Shown here piece after piece: positions 12,539 through 26,631 of a DNA stretch of 64,000 nt (positions are counted from its first letter, which is position 1; each line of letters begins with the position of its first letter). This DNA comes from Eledone cirrhosa (taxonomy: Eukaryota). Position numbers and translations under genes: made by a program. The notes beneath the pieces were generated by a model, which was not told the DNA's origin, made no database searches, and saw nothing but the letters and a program-made list of their open reading frames with translations. The stretch covers positions 3,286,001-3,350,000 of the forward strand of contig OZ024763.1 of assembly GCA_964016885.1 (NCBI GenBank), in the 5' to 3' direction.

Positions 12539-13918
12539 GTAAAGTTGTTGTTTTATTGTGATGGCCACATTAGGAGGTTCTGTGACTGTAGCCAGAGTAA
12601 GAAGTGGTGGTCATGTGACTGCATCACTCTCTCTATCTCTCTATTTCCACTTCACTCTATTTCTCTCTCTCTACCTCTCTTTATCTCTGTCTCTCTACCT
12701 CTCTTTATCTCTATTTCTTTCTCTATCTCTCCCTCTCTCTCTACCTTTATTTATCTCTCTCTATCTCTTTCTCTATCCTTCCCTCTCTCTCTCTATCTCT
12801 TTATCTCTCTATCCCTACCTCTCTTTATCAATCTCTCCCTCTCTCTCTTTATCTATCTCTCTACCTCTTTCTCCCTCTATCTCAGGTGGTGGTGGTGGGG
12901 CAGTGATTGGCGCCCTCTCGACTATGAGGGAGGGTGTGAGATTGAGAAAGTGTGGAACAGATAGGGAGAGTGAGGCAGAAAGAAAAAGAGAGAGAGGATG
13001 AAAGATAGAGGGAGGGTGAAGGATAGAGAGAATGTGTGTGGGTGTGATACAGCGAAGAGTGGGGAGAGGTATACAGAGAGAGAAAGTGGGAGAGAGACGC
13101 AGACAGCAGTGGGGAAAAAGAGGGAGATAACTCTTGACAAATAACCAATTTATATTATTGTCATTAGTTATCTCCCTTGTGTAGTTTGGTTTCACAAATT
13201 CTCTCAGAAGACTTTGAAACTCTTTTATATAAGTTGTACAGAAAATAAACATTATTACTGGAACTGGTACGAAATAATCCAAAGACTCAGTCTTCGGTAA
13301 TTTCACTGTTACTGATTTTTAATTTAGACTCAAGGTTAAGGTATTGTTCTAAAAATAAATAATATCAAAATCTCATAGATTTGATATTATGTGAAATAAA
13401 GCCTTTACCATGAAAATACAATAGTATATATAGAGTAATGTAAATGTTATATGAGGTAAAGCCTTTACTGTGAAAATATAATAGTATATATAGAGTAATG
13501 TAAATGTTATTTGAGATATTATGTGAGGTAAAGCCTTTACTGTGAAAATACAATGTAAATACCAGTATTTCACCGGTACTCCCCCCCCCCCCAATTGATC
13601 TCAGCTAAATTTGAACTCAGATTGTTGATGATCTACACGATAAACACGCCCACTACACTCTGTAAAGTGGTTGGTGTTAGGAAGGGCATCCAGCCCTAGA
13701 AAGCCTGCCCAATAAAGGGGTTGGAAGGACATGACAGCCTTCCTAGTGTTGATGATCTACACAGTGGCTACAAAAAAACAATTTATGGTTATAGGGAGAT
13801 CATTTGAGAATAAGTTTAAGGGATTTTGTCCCCTGATAAAGGGCTTATGAAGTTAAACTGAGCCCTAGTTCATGTAAAAAAAAATATATTTTTTAATTCT
13901 TATTTTTTTTTCATGTAG

Positions 13919-15003
13919 AAAATGGACAGAACATGGATAATGTATCTGGAGTTGTCCAGACATCTGCCAGTGGATCTGGAGGTGTGCAGACGTCTGCCAA
14001 TGGATCTGATGCCGTCCAGATATTTGCCGGTGGATCTGGAGATGGAAAAATGGATGTCAATGTGTCTAAAGATGGAGAAGGAAATGTTTGTGTACGAGGC
14101 GATAACAAAATGAATAACAACAGTATTATTGAAGATGTCAAAATAGATGACGACTTAGTGTCAAATAATGGCTGTGATACCGTCAATTTGACTGGTGACG
14201 GACAAATGGTTGACAGTAAAGCTGAAGACACACAAATGAATGATGACAGGTTAACGAATGATGGAGAGATGAAAGTTAATGGTTCACCTTCAGGTAAATT
14301 GAATGTCACGTCAGAAGGTGATGAAAGAAAGGAAACAGATGTTAAGTTGACTCAAGATGGAGATGAAAATGTTGATTTATCTGACGGAGAAATACGTAGT
14401 GATAGCGATAAAGATACAGATATGGTTGAGGCTGAGTCTAATCTGTTGGAAAGTTGTAAGTCTCGTCTTGCCGAAGGTGTAGAGGACTTTGATCAAGGCA
14501 TCTTCTGTGCAGGTGAAAAGTCAATGGGTTTAAGGAGTCATAAAGACACCTGTAATGGTAGATCGACAGATGAAAAGATCTGTAAAGACACATCAACAGA
14601 TGAAAAGATCTGTAAAGACACATCGACAGATGAAAAGATCTTTAAAGATAGATTAACAGATGAAAACATCTGTAAAGACACAGCGACAGATGAAAAGCTC
14701 CATTGCAAGGACCTGAAATATCAATCAAGACATCAGGTGACAGATAGGGAGACGTATAAGTCATCCATTGAAGAGTTGACCGAGGATCAAGTGACAGAAG
14801 AACGGATTAAAGACTTAGAGACGTGTGAAGAGCTACAAAAGCTACTTGGCAACAAACATCTCCGGGATATGTTAATTAATTTAGACTCGTCATCAAATAT
14901 AAGCCATACGATTGAAGCAGCCATGCAAGAACCAATATTCAGGGAATATGCTACAGTATGTCTGCAAGTTATAGAAGGAGAGAGAACACAACCAGCACTG
15001 TAG
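13919..15003 (+). CDS. ZNHIT3: ZNHIT3 terminal exon (long acidic insert plus Hit1/ZNHIT3 C-terminal domain)
   Basis: T-rich acceptor catgtag| in frame with the 356-aa ORF. The C-terminus EDQVTEERIKDL...LLGNKHLRDMLINLD...AAMQEPIFREYATVCLQVIE matches the ZNHIT3 C-terminal pattern (L..LL.N.HLR..M..LD...MQEP.F.EFA..CL..VE). Confidence 0.88.
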
Positions 15004-16054
15004 AGACTATTCTTGCTTTCTAATTATAATTCTCTGTAACTCACTTCTGTATCAATATAAATATATATTCAGAATATGGTTTTATTTGTGTTTTTATTTC
15101 AAAATGTTGTGAAGACCCTTAAAAGACAGAATCTGGATGATGTGAGGTTCAGTTCTTCATAGCAGCCAATGGTAACTTCTTTTTCTGACTTAAAGGTCTA
15201 CATTTTATAAGCTATCTTTATAGCATTTTATAAGCTATCTTTATAGCATTTCTACACTTGAGCACTTTCTTTATACTTATATATATATATAACCTGGGAT
15301 GAGATGATAAATTCTGACCTTGCACACCTGCACCTCTCTAAGACAATGTCACTGGATTGTGATCTCTGGCGCCATCAGTAATTCAGAAGACCCGCCTTCC
15401 CTGCGTGCAAAGTTAACCTACAGTCAGTAGGCATCTCCAAACCAAACATACACCCCAACCCACTCCCCCTACTCCATCCTCCCACTCTCGCCATCACAAC
15501 CCTTTCTCTCTAAAGTTATGTTGGTACCACAACATCCAGTCCAAACTAATGAGATCTTGTAGGTGTCACAACAAAATAACACACAGCCCACGCTGTAATG
15601 TGGCCGTGTAGGTCACATGGTAAAAACTTCCCAGTCCACACTGTAAATGTGGTTGGTGTTAGGAAGGGCATCCAACCATAGAAAACCTGCCAAATAGTCC
15701 TATACGAGCGAGACACAGTTACCCGACCAATCTTACCTCAAGTGGGTCAACTCCCGTCTAACCCATGCTAGCGTGGAAGGTAGATGTTAAATGATGATGA
15801 TATATATATACCCATCTCCTCAGGCTTTCTATTTCTTCTTTAATATCGTCTGAAACATTAAGACTCTTTTCTTGCTATATCAAGCATAAAACTAATAATA
15901 TATTTCTTCATTGTACTGTGTCAGTTGCTTCGTTATTTCTGTTTCCTTTTGCATTTATATATATCAACATGAATGGACCTGTTATTTTTATCTAAAGACT
16001 TTTTTTCAAATTCCATCCCGCCCTTCTCCTCAATCTATCTTATTTCTCATTCTT

Positions 16055-16090
16055 TCTTCTGATGAAGGTCTAGCGTCCGAAACGTTAAGA
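16055..16090 (+). ncRNA. Minimal hammerhead (copy at 33920-33955 -)
   Basis: TCTT-CTGATGA-short stem II-GAAACGTT^AAGA; palindromic ACGT stem III typical of dimer-requiring PLE hammerheads. Confidence 0.65.
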
Positions 16091-16174
16091 TCCTCTTCCT
16101 GCTATATCAAGCATTAACCTAATATACACCTTCCATATACTGTATCGATTGTGTTGTTATTTCTGTTTACCTCT

Positions 16175-16250
<76 letters not shown>

Positions 16251-16619
16251 TGTAAGATGGCGTAGGATAGAACACAGGAGAGGCACAAAACAAAGAAAAG
16301 TATCCCCAGTCACTGAAGAGGTCGCAGAATGTGTGACGAAAGAACTTTGACAATATATGAACAACCGTCCGGTTTGGAGCCAACCGGAAATTTATAAATT
16401 TAATTTATATATATATATAAAGTACCAGTAACGTACTGGGGTTGATTTAATTGACTTTCCTCTCCCCCCCAAATTACTGGCCTTGTGCCTAAAGTAGAAT
16501 TTATTATTATTGTTATTATTACTCATCTTTCGTTTATGCCACCAACTGACAAGTCACATCCAAATTTACTGGCATTGATTTAATGTCAGCTGATCTTTCT
16601 GGAAGTTTGGCTTTAATAC

Positions 16620-18210
16620 ACATACATGTTTATATACACACCCATAGCTACACACACACAGATAGATACACACCTATAGCTACACACACACATGTTTATA
16701 TACACACCCATAGCTACACACACACATAGATACACACCTATAGCTACACACACACACAGATAGATACACACCTATAGCTACACACACACATGTTTATATA
16801 CACACACATAGATACACACCTATAGCTACACACACACACACACACGTTTATATACACACCCATAGCTACACTCACACACATAGAGACACATGCATAGCTA
16901 CGCACACACGTTTATATACACACCCATAGCTACACACACAGATACACACCCATAGCTACACACACACACATGTTTATATATACACATACATAGCTACACA
17001 CCCACACATGTTTATATACACACCCATAGCTACACACACACACATGTTTATATATACACATACATAGCTACACACATGTTTATATATACACATACATAGC
17101 TACACACACACGTTTATATATATACACACCCATAGCTACACACACACACACATGTTTATATATACACATACATAGCTACACACCCATAGCTACACACACA
17201 CACAGATACACACCCATAGCTACACACACACACATGTTTATATATACAAATACATAGCTACACACCCATAGCTACACACACACACATGTTTATATATACA
17301 CATACATAGCTACACACCCATAGCTACACACACACACACATGTTTATATATACACATACATAGCTACACACACGTTTATATACACACCCATAGCTACACA
17401 CACAGATACACACCCATAGCTACACACACACACACACACATGTTTATATATACACATACATAGCTACACACACACGTTTATATACACACCCATAGCTACA
17501 CACATACATAGATACACACCCATAGCTACACACACACATGTTTATATATACACATACATAGCTACACACACACATGTTTACATACACACTCATAGCTACA
17601 CACACACATAGATACACACCAATAGCTACACACACACACAGGTTTATATAGACACATACACATAGCTGCATGTCTGCACACCCACACATATATGCATATA
17701 CACACACATCCACACACATACATACATGTCACAATACATGTACATTACACACATGCATACATAGATATATTTCACCACACTTACACACACACACATACAT
17801 ACATACATAGATCTAGTTCACCACACTAAGACACACACACACACACGCATAGTTGTATTTCACCACACATACACATACATAGGTATAGTTCACTACACAC
17901 ACACACACAGTTACAAACACACAGAGACACAAACACACACCACACACACACAGTTATACACACCACACAGACACACACACACACATAGTTGTATTTCACC
18001 ACACATACACATACATAGGTATAGTTCACTACACACACACACGGACATACACACACAGTTACAAACACACAGAGACACAAACACACGCACACAGTTATAC
18101 ACACCACACAGACACACTCACACACACAGTTGTATTTCACCACACATACACATACATACGTATAGTTCACTACACACACATATAGTTCACACACAGAGTT
18201 ATATATACAC
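16620..18210. repeat. Compound CA-rich minisatellites
   Basis: catagctacacac and gttgtatttcaccacac units. Confidence 0.85.
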
Positions 18211-19075
18211 ACACACACAGTACAGCCATCCATGCATGAGTTGGTTTCAAACAATATAATTAGTTTTACTAAGTGAGGTGTGGCATTAATTAACTCCCTA
18301 GATACACCTAGACACCAATAAACTATTAATGATATAGAATATATTTTACAAGACTTACACTTCGATTATTTACCTGTTCAGTTGTACAGAATATGCTTGA
18401 CAAATATATTATCAATATCTTTGTTAATTAACCATAGAGAAGCCACCTGGCTGAATGGTTAAAGTGTTGGATTAGGGTTAGTAATGTTGTTGGTTTGATT
18501 CCTGGACAGGTTGCTGTGTTGTGTTGTTGAGCAGTATACTTAGCTGAGATGAGAGTAACAGCTATATCTGGGGAGTTAATTCTGCGATGGACTGGTGTCC
18601 TGTCCAGGGAAAGTCTTGTACTCTGTCGCTTAATGCCTAGGAAACTGGGGATAAGAACTGGCATGCTCCAGTACACTGAATTGAGCTTAGTGAGTACCAG
18701 CTATAGCTGGGGAGTTAATCCTGCGATGGACTGGCATCCTGTCCAGGGAGAGTCTTGTACTCAGTCGCTTAACTCCAAAGAAACCAGGGATAAGCAACGG
18801 CCTGCTACAGTTTATTGAACTGAGCTTAGTGAGTACCAGCAATAGACTGGTGTTCTCTCCAGGGAGAGTCGTCTATTCTCAATCACTTAAGTGGTGGTGG
18901 TATGACAAAGAAAAATCCTCTCCAACATTCTCTGAGGTTCCTTTTGGTCTCTTTGATAATGGATATTACATCCGAAATATAGGGACTAATAAATATATCC
19001 AATCTAACATTATCTCTGGTTCTTTACTGTTTTCTTTTCTGTTTTTCTTTTCTTTGTATACACACACACACACAC

Positions 19076-19147
<72 letters not shown>

Positions 19148-19148
19148 A

Positions 19149-19191
<43 letters not shown>

Positions 19192-19508
19192 ATATTATAT
19201 ATATATATCATAATCATCATCATCATCATCGTTTAATGTCCATTTTCCACGCTAGCATGGGTCTGGACGGGAATTGTCCCACTTGAGGCAAGATTGGCTG
19301 TCTTGCTCAGGACTGTCTGGCAGGTTTTCATATTTGTGTAGTAATATTGCCAGAATTAATAACAGAACACACTCACTGTTTGGTTGATTTTCGCTTCTGT
19401 GTCTTTTATATTGGTTAATTTAATTTATTCGGTCCTCAAATATGACCCTCCCCAAGTATAACAATACTTGTTTCGACACACGATTTCATATCAAAAACCT
19501 CACAAAAC

Positions 19509-19552
<44 letters not shown>

Positions 19553-19619
19553 AACCCATGCTAACGTGGAAAATGGACGTTAAATGAAGATGATGATGAT
19601 GATGATGATGATTTATATA

Positions 19620-19682
<63 letters not shown>

Positions 19683-19827
19683 TATGATGAAACCTTTGTG
19701 TTATTCAAGAAGAAAAAAAACACCAACATCTTATTTTATCTCTTTATTAGAAGTAATAAGATCGACAGGTACAAACTAGATAGGTAAGGAACTAGACAGG
19801 TAAGGAGCTAATAGAAGAGGTGGTCGT

Positions 19828-19904
19828 TTAATTCTTGGTTCCACATGGAGGTTTCACATCGGAGGGCCAGTCACAGAGCTGCAGTTTCTTAGAGAAAACA
19901 AGAC
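19828..19904 (-). CDS. Chitin-binding protein A, exon 4 (terminal); total about 148 aa
   Basis: TTATTTTAG| GLVFSKKLQLCDWPSDVKPPCGTKN*. CPAGLVF...CDWP is the CBM14 hallmark. AATAAA on the minus strand at 19743-19748. Confidence 0.88.
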
Positions 19905-19929
19905 CTAAAATAAAGAGAGAGACATGTTA

Positions 19930-20850
19930 GATAGGTAGACAGGTAGGGAGTCAATTTAGGGTTTGACAGGTAGAGCGAGAATTTAGGGTTTGACAGGTAG
20001 GGAGACAGTTTAAGGTTCAACAGGAAGACAGATGAGTTAGATTTTGGCAGGTATATAGAGATGTTAGTGATAGAGGTAGACAGGTAGAAAGTGACAGTGT
20101 TAGACAGGTAGACAGATGATTTGGGAGGAGAGGCAGACAGGTAGACAGATTTGTGGTGAACAGGTGTTAGAGGTAGGCAGTGATGTTAGTAGTAGACAGC
20201 TAGAAAGTCAAGTTAGAGGTAGTCTACGTTGTTAGTGTTAGAAAGGTAGACAGACAGAGTTATTAGTGTTAGACAGGTAGATATAGACATTATTTGTAGA
20301 CAGGTAGATATAGTCATTAATGGTAGACAGGTAGACAGGTGTTAGAGGTAGACAGGTAGATATAGTCATTAATGGTAGACAGGTAGACAGGTGTTAGAGG
20401 TAGACAGACAAGTTATAGTTAGTAGTAGACAGGTAGATAGATTTAATGTTACACAGGTACACAGAGATGTTAGAAGTGGACAGGTAGACAGAGTTATTAG
20501 TGTTAGACAGGTAGATATAGACATTAATTGTAGACAGGTAGATATAGTCATTAATGGTAGACAGGTAGACAGGTGTTAGAGGTAGACAGACAAGTTATAG
20601 TTAGTAGTAGACAGGTAGATAGAGTTTATGTTACACAGGTACACAGAGATGTTAGAAGTGGACAGGTAGACAGAGTTATTAGTGTTAGACAGGTAGATAT
20701 AGACACTAATAGTAGACAGGTGTTAGATACAGGTAAACATAGACATTAGTGGTAGACAAGTAGACAGATTTGTGGTGGACAGGTGTTAGAGGTAGACAGA
20801 CAAGTTAGAGTTAGTGGTAGAGAGATGTTAGTGTCAGAGACAGGTATAAG
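19930..20850. repeat. GTAGACAG-based degenerate repeat filling intron 3 of chitin-binding gene A
   Basis: Recurrent gtagacag/gtgttaga units with larger-period duplications. Confidence 0.8.
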
Positions 20851-20860
20851 AGATATTTAC

Positions 20861-21006
20861 CTGCAGGGCAAATGTTGTGACCCATGAAGCGACCTTTATC
20901 ACAGGTGTAGTAAGATTTACATTTGTTGTCCAGGTCAGGGTAGCGACCATCGGCTTTATTCGTGCAGTTTCGCATCTCTCCACATGGCCTCGGGACCTCG
21001 CTTGGA
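20861..21006 (-). CDS. Chitin-binding protein A, exon 3 (ChtBD2 domain 2)
   Basis: TTTTCAAAG| PSEVPRPCGEMRNCTNKADGRYPDLDNKCKSYYTCDKGRFMGHNICPA |GTAAAT; 146 nt, phase 2-1. Confidence 0.88.
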
Positions 21007-21256
21007 CTTTGAAAATATGGAACAATGATTATGAGCCAGTATCAATAAGATCAACTGGTGGAGGTCACCTAGAGGTGGTCATCTAGAGATGGTCATCTAG
21101 AAGTTATCTAGAGGAGATTAACAAGAGGTCATCTGGAGGAGGTCATCGAGATGAGGTCATCTAGGAGAGGTCAACTATAGGTTCTGGTTGGCATTTGGTT
21201 TAGGGTGTTTGTTCAGTGTTTTGTGAACAGATTGGAGCAATTATTGTCTTATTTAC

Positions 21257-21915
21257 GCTGGGAGTTTAACCCTGCAATGGACAGGTGTCCTGTCCAGTGG
21301 AGGTGGTCTTGTACTCTCAGTCACTTGACACCCCACAGAAACCAGGATAAGTACCAGCACCTCATGAGCCTCCCTCTAGGTTCAAGACTCACTCAAACCC
21401 TGCAATGGACAGGTGTCCTGTCCAGTGGAGGTGGTCTTGTACTCTCAGTCACTTGACACTCCACAGAAACCAGGATAATTACCAGCACCTCATGAGCTTC
21501 CCTCTAGGCTCAAGACAGACTCACTCAAACCCTGCAATGGCCAGGTGTCCTGTCCAATGGAGGTGGTCTTGTACTCTCAGTCACTTGACACCCCACAGAA
21601 ACCAGGATAATTACCAGCACCTCATGAGCTTCCCTCTAGGCTAAAGACAGACTCAAACCCTGCAATGGCCAGGTGTCCTGTCCAATGGAGGTGGTCTTGT
21701 ACTCTCAGTCACTTGACACCCCACAGAAACCAGGATAATTACCAGCACCTCATGAGCTTCCCTCTAGGCTAAAGACAGACTCAAACCCTGCAATGGCCAG
21801 GTGTCCTGTGCAGTGGAGGTGGTCTTGTACTCTCAGTCACTTGACACCCCACAGAAACCAGGATAAGTACCAGCACCTCATGAGCTTCCCTCTAGGCTCA
21901 AGACAGACTACTCAA
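21257..21915. repeat. About 128-bp tandem repeat (5 copies) of SINE-body sequence
   Basis: aaccctgcaatggacaggtgtcctgtccag...agaaaccaggataa...; similar to 18570-18800. Confidence 0.85.
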
Positions 21916-22227
21916 ACTTTAGATTGAATCTTTTACTTAACTTAAAAGCTTCCATTCTCTACATTCTTCATAGTTAATTTCTTTAAAAGCACGTAAGACA
22001 AACCAAAATATCTTAAGTTTCTTCTGTCTCCCTGGACTTATTATCTAAATGTCCGGTGTCCTCGCATGCGTACTGGATTTATTATCTATCGGACGCATTA
22101 AACCTTTGATGAATTGGTTCTATTTACAGATTAAAGAAGCATTCCCAGCTTCCTTCTTGGCACATCTTTACATCTTTTATATCTTTACATCTTTAACAAT
22201 TTTCATCTTTCAACTAACAATTGTTCT

Positions 22228-22259
<32 letters not shown>

Positions 22260-22293
22260 TGTATGTATGTATGTATGTATGTATGTATGTATG

Positions 22294-22599
22294 TTTTCTC
22301 TTTCTCTTAATTTCGAGTATATTTTTTTGACCGGCCACCTTCCTGGTGGCAAGGTTGTAAAAGAAAAGAAATTGTCATCCCTTGAATCGCAAGAATGTTT
22401 TGCATATTTTGAAGGTGCCAGCTATCGCAGCCATTTGTAGACTATGAATTAGGGAGCTGCGCTTTTTGTCCGCAAATTCAAGTTCGGTCATACTTTGGTC
22501 CAAGCGAGTTGGTATATAACCCGTAGCACCAATAATGATGGGTATGAAGCTAAAGGTGTATCTTGGATACTGGATTTGTAAGCTCCTCTACTGGATTTG
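22294..22599 (-). mobile_element. 5'-truncated R4/Dong-like (RLE-type) non-LTR retrotransposon 3' end in (CATA)n
   Basis: Minus-strand translation RSLQIQYPRYTFSFIPIIIGATGYIPTRL...IHSLQMAAIAGTFKICKTFLRFKG* fits the P(I/V)(I/V)IGA.G...LQ.AA..GT C-terminus of R4/Dong ORFs. Flanked by (TATG)n on both sides. Confidence 0.7.
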
Positions 22600-22707
22600 T
22601 GTATGTATGTATGTATGTATGTATGTTTGTATGTATGTATGTATGTATGTATGTTTGTATGTATGTATGTATGTATGTATGTTTGTATGTATGTATATAT
22701 ATAAGTA

Positions 22708-22815
22708 ATAATAATTATTAATAGTTATAATTATTAATAGTTATAATTATTAATAGTTATAATTATTAATAGTGTAGTATTATTATTATTATTATTATTG
22801 TTATTACTATTATTA

Positions 22816-22861
<46 letters not shown>

Positions 22862-25800
22862 CCCAATTCAATGATGTTCCAGAACAATGTAAACGAGATA
22901 ATTGCCAATTTGGGTTCTGGAACAAAAAAGATCATTGGCAATAAGGGCAGGGGCCCCAAGTTATCACAACCTGGGCCCGCCCGTCATCGTGCCATTGTAA
23001 TAGAGCCAAACAGGGCATTTAGTCTTGGCTGCTGGAACGTACGGACGCTGCTTGACAGGGATTCTTTGGAGCGTCCTGAACGAAGGACCGCTCTTGTTGC
23101 GAAGGAGCTTCGACGTTACGATCTTGACATCGTGGCTTTGTCTGAGACGAGGTTAGCTGGAGATGGTCATCTTACGGAATTTTGTGGAGAATATACATTC
23201 TTCTGGAAAGGAAGAGATGAAGGAACCAGAAGAGAGGCTGGGGTGGGATTTGCTGTTAAGACTGTACTGGTGAATAAATTGGAAGAATTCCCAGTGGGGA
23301 TTAGTGAGCGTCTTATGTCCATGAGAGTTCCGCTGGACAAGGGAAGATATGCTACCCTGGTGAGTGTGTATGCTCCAACTATGAATTCTGTCGATGAAGA
23401 AAAACTGTCCTTTTACCATGCCTTGAAAGGTGTTTTAAGAAATATCCCTCAGGCAGACAAAGTCATCGTGCTTGGTGACTTTAATGCTAGAGTGGGTAGG
23501 GATTTTAACACATGGAATGTAATCGGAAGGCATGGGGTGGGAAAGTGTAACAGCAATGGTATGCTCTTGCTGCAGATGTGTGAGGAGCTGGATCTGTGTG
23601 TTACCAACACCATGTTCCAACAAAAGAACAAATTCAAGACCACATGGATGCATCCTGCATCTAAGGAATGGCATCTTTTGGACTACGTCCTAGTCAGGAT
23701 GCGTGACAGACAGGATGTGCGGTGTGTTCGTGTTCTTCGTGGAGCTGAGTGCTGGACGGACCACCGCCTGGTACGCGCAAAAGTGAATCTAATCACCAAA
23801 CGTAAAATCCGGGCTCCTGGTGTTACCCTGCCCAAAAGATTGAATGCTGCTCGTCTTAAGGATAAAAATGTGAAGAGGACATTGGAAGAAGAGATGCAGG
23901 CTGCAGATCTTGGTGAGGATTGGCCGACCCTTAAAAAGTCGGTTTATGATGTAGGCAGACGTGTTCTGGGATTGGTGCAGAGAAAACATCAGGACTGGTT
24001 TAATGAGAAAGATGTGCATATAGATGACTTGTTGGCTGATAAGAGGCGCGCTCTGTCACGCTACTTGACGGCAAGACCACAGGAGAGGAATACGTTGCAT
24101 GAGGAGCTCAGGGATGTAAAATCACGTGTTAGGCGGAGTCTTTCTCAGATGAAGGATCAGTGGTGGAGTGAGAAGGCTGGTGAGATACAAACTGCGTCTG
24201 ATTGCAATAACACAAAGCTGTTGTACAGTCTCTTGCGTGAGGTTTATGGACCGTCTTCTTCTCTGGTGACACCGATTCGCAGCAAGGATGGCAAAGAACT
24301 TCTTCGTGACTCACAGGGAATTCTACGAAGGTGGCGGGAGCACTTTGATGATCTTTTGAATCAGCCGTCTGTCGTCAGTGTAGATTTCCTCAATCTCATT
24401 CCGGAAAGTCCTGTGAAAGTAGCTCTCGCAGAGCCTCCGACACTTGTGGAGGTTGCAGTGGCTATTTCGAAGCTGAACAGTGGAAGATCTCCAGGTATGG
24501 ATGGCATACATGCTGAGCTCCTACAATATGGTGGTGAGAGACTCCTGCAACATCTTCACTCTCTGTTTGGAGGGATATGGGCTAATGAATCCGTGCCTGA
24601 GGACTGGAGAGATGCAGTAATGGTGGTCTTGTACAAGGGAAAGGGTAACAGGAATGATTGTGGGAACTACAGAGGTATATCATTGCTTTCTGTCGTGGGG
24701 AAAGTTTTATGTAGGGTGCTTCTGGACCGTCTGCTGACACACATTGCAGATTGTGTCCTTCCTGAAAGTCAATCTGGTTTTCGTGTTGGACGCGGCACTA
24801 CTGATATGATCTTCTCAGCTAGACAGCTCCAGGAGAAGTGCATTGAACAGGGCTTGGATCTGTATCAGGTTTTTGTCGATCTGACAAAGGCTTTCGATAC
24901 TGTCAACAGAGATGCATTATGGAAGGTTCTCCAGAAACTTGGTTGCCCTGATAAGTTCCTTGCTTTAGTTAGGTCTTTCCATGACGACATGAAGGCTTGG
25001 GTTAATGTCGGAGGTAACATGTCGGAGCCTATCTCAGTAAAAAATGGAGTGAAACAGGGGGATATTCCAGCACCGACCCTGTTTGCCATATACTTTGCAA
25101 TGGTTTTCTGTATTGCATTCAGGAATTGCGAGCATGGTGTTTACATCCGATATCGAACCTCAGGCAGCATATTTAACATCAGGCGCTTTGCTGCGAAGAC
25201 AAAAGTATTTACATCAGTCATAAGAGACCTCTTGTATGCAGATGATTGCGATCTTGTAGCGCACACAGAGAGTGATATGCAGCACATTTTGAATGTATTT
25301 TCTGACGCTTGCACTGCCCTGGGTTTGACTGTCAGTCTCAAGAAAACCGTCGTCATGTACCAACCTGCACCTGGTAGGCAGTACACTGAACCAAACATCT
25401 ATGTGTATGGCAGACGACTTGGAGTGGTTGATCAGTTTGTCTACCTGGGAAGCACTGTCAATCGATACGGCAACCTTGACGGTGAAATCTCACTTAGGAT
25501 TAGGAAAGCAAGTGATGCTTTCGGAAAGCTAGAAAGGCGACTCTGGGGTCGGCGAGACATATGCAGGAGGACAAAGGTAAAGGTGTACAGGGCATGTGTA
25601 CTCTCTTGTCTTCTTTATGCCTGCGAGACCTGGGTCACATATCGACGCCACCTTAAGCAATTGGAGCGTTTCCATCAGATGTGTCTCAGACGGATACATG
25701 GCGTTCGCTGGAGGGACCACATCAGTGATGTCGAGATTTTGGAAAGCTCTATGTGTGACAGTATAGAAGCTCTTGTGCTTAAGCAGCGACTCCGTTGGAG

Positions 25801-26424
25801 TGGTCACCTTGCCAGGATGAAGGATTCTAGAATACCAAAACAACTCTTCTATGGAGAGTTGGTTAAAGGAAAACGACCGCCACATAAACCAAAAAAGAGG
25901 TATAAGGATTCCTTGAAGGCCTCTCTGAGAGACGCTAACATCTCTGCTGATACATGGGAAAATATTGCTGCTGATCGTAATAAATGGAGAAAGACTGTAT
26001 ATGAGGGAAAAGTTGCCTTTGAGGCATCTCGAATCGCACACGAGAAAGTAAAGCGGGACGTGAGGAAGGGTATTGCTGTTGCACTTCCAGACGGCGAGGG
26101 TCCTCCTATGTTTCTGACATGCAGCGTCTGTGCGAGACTCTGCCTAAGCAAAGCTGGACTCGAAAGTCATCTTCGCAGTCATAAAGTAAGACCAGTGGTT
26201 GACTACCAGGCTGCTGTTGGAGATGCTACTCATCATGCTTGCCAAACATGTGGTAGAGAATGTAAATCAGCAGGAGGACTCAAGCGACATGCAAAAGTAC
26301 ACGAACTCCAACCACAGCCGACTATTCCCAGTAAATGTTTTGGTTGCCGACTCTGTGCAAGACATTTTGGATCATTGGCTGGGCTAAAAAGCCACATTCG
26401 ATCGCAGCACTGTTAGTTGCTATC

Positions 26425-26464
<40 letters not shown>

Positions 26465-26543
26465 GCTTATGTGCGTGCGTGTGTGTGTATATATATATGA
26501 ATATGTATATTATTATTGTTGTTGTCGTTATTATTATTATTGC

Positions 26544-26631
<88 letters not shown>

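Noticed and set aside
23153-26151. Antisense ORFs within the LINE
   Set aside because: Shadow frames of the RTE ORF with no recognisable motifs.
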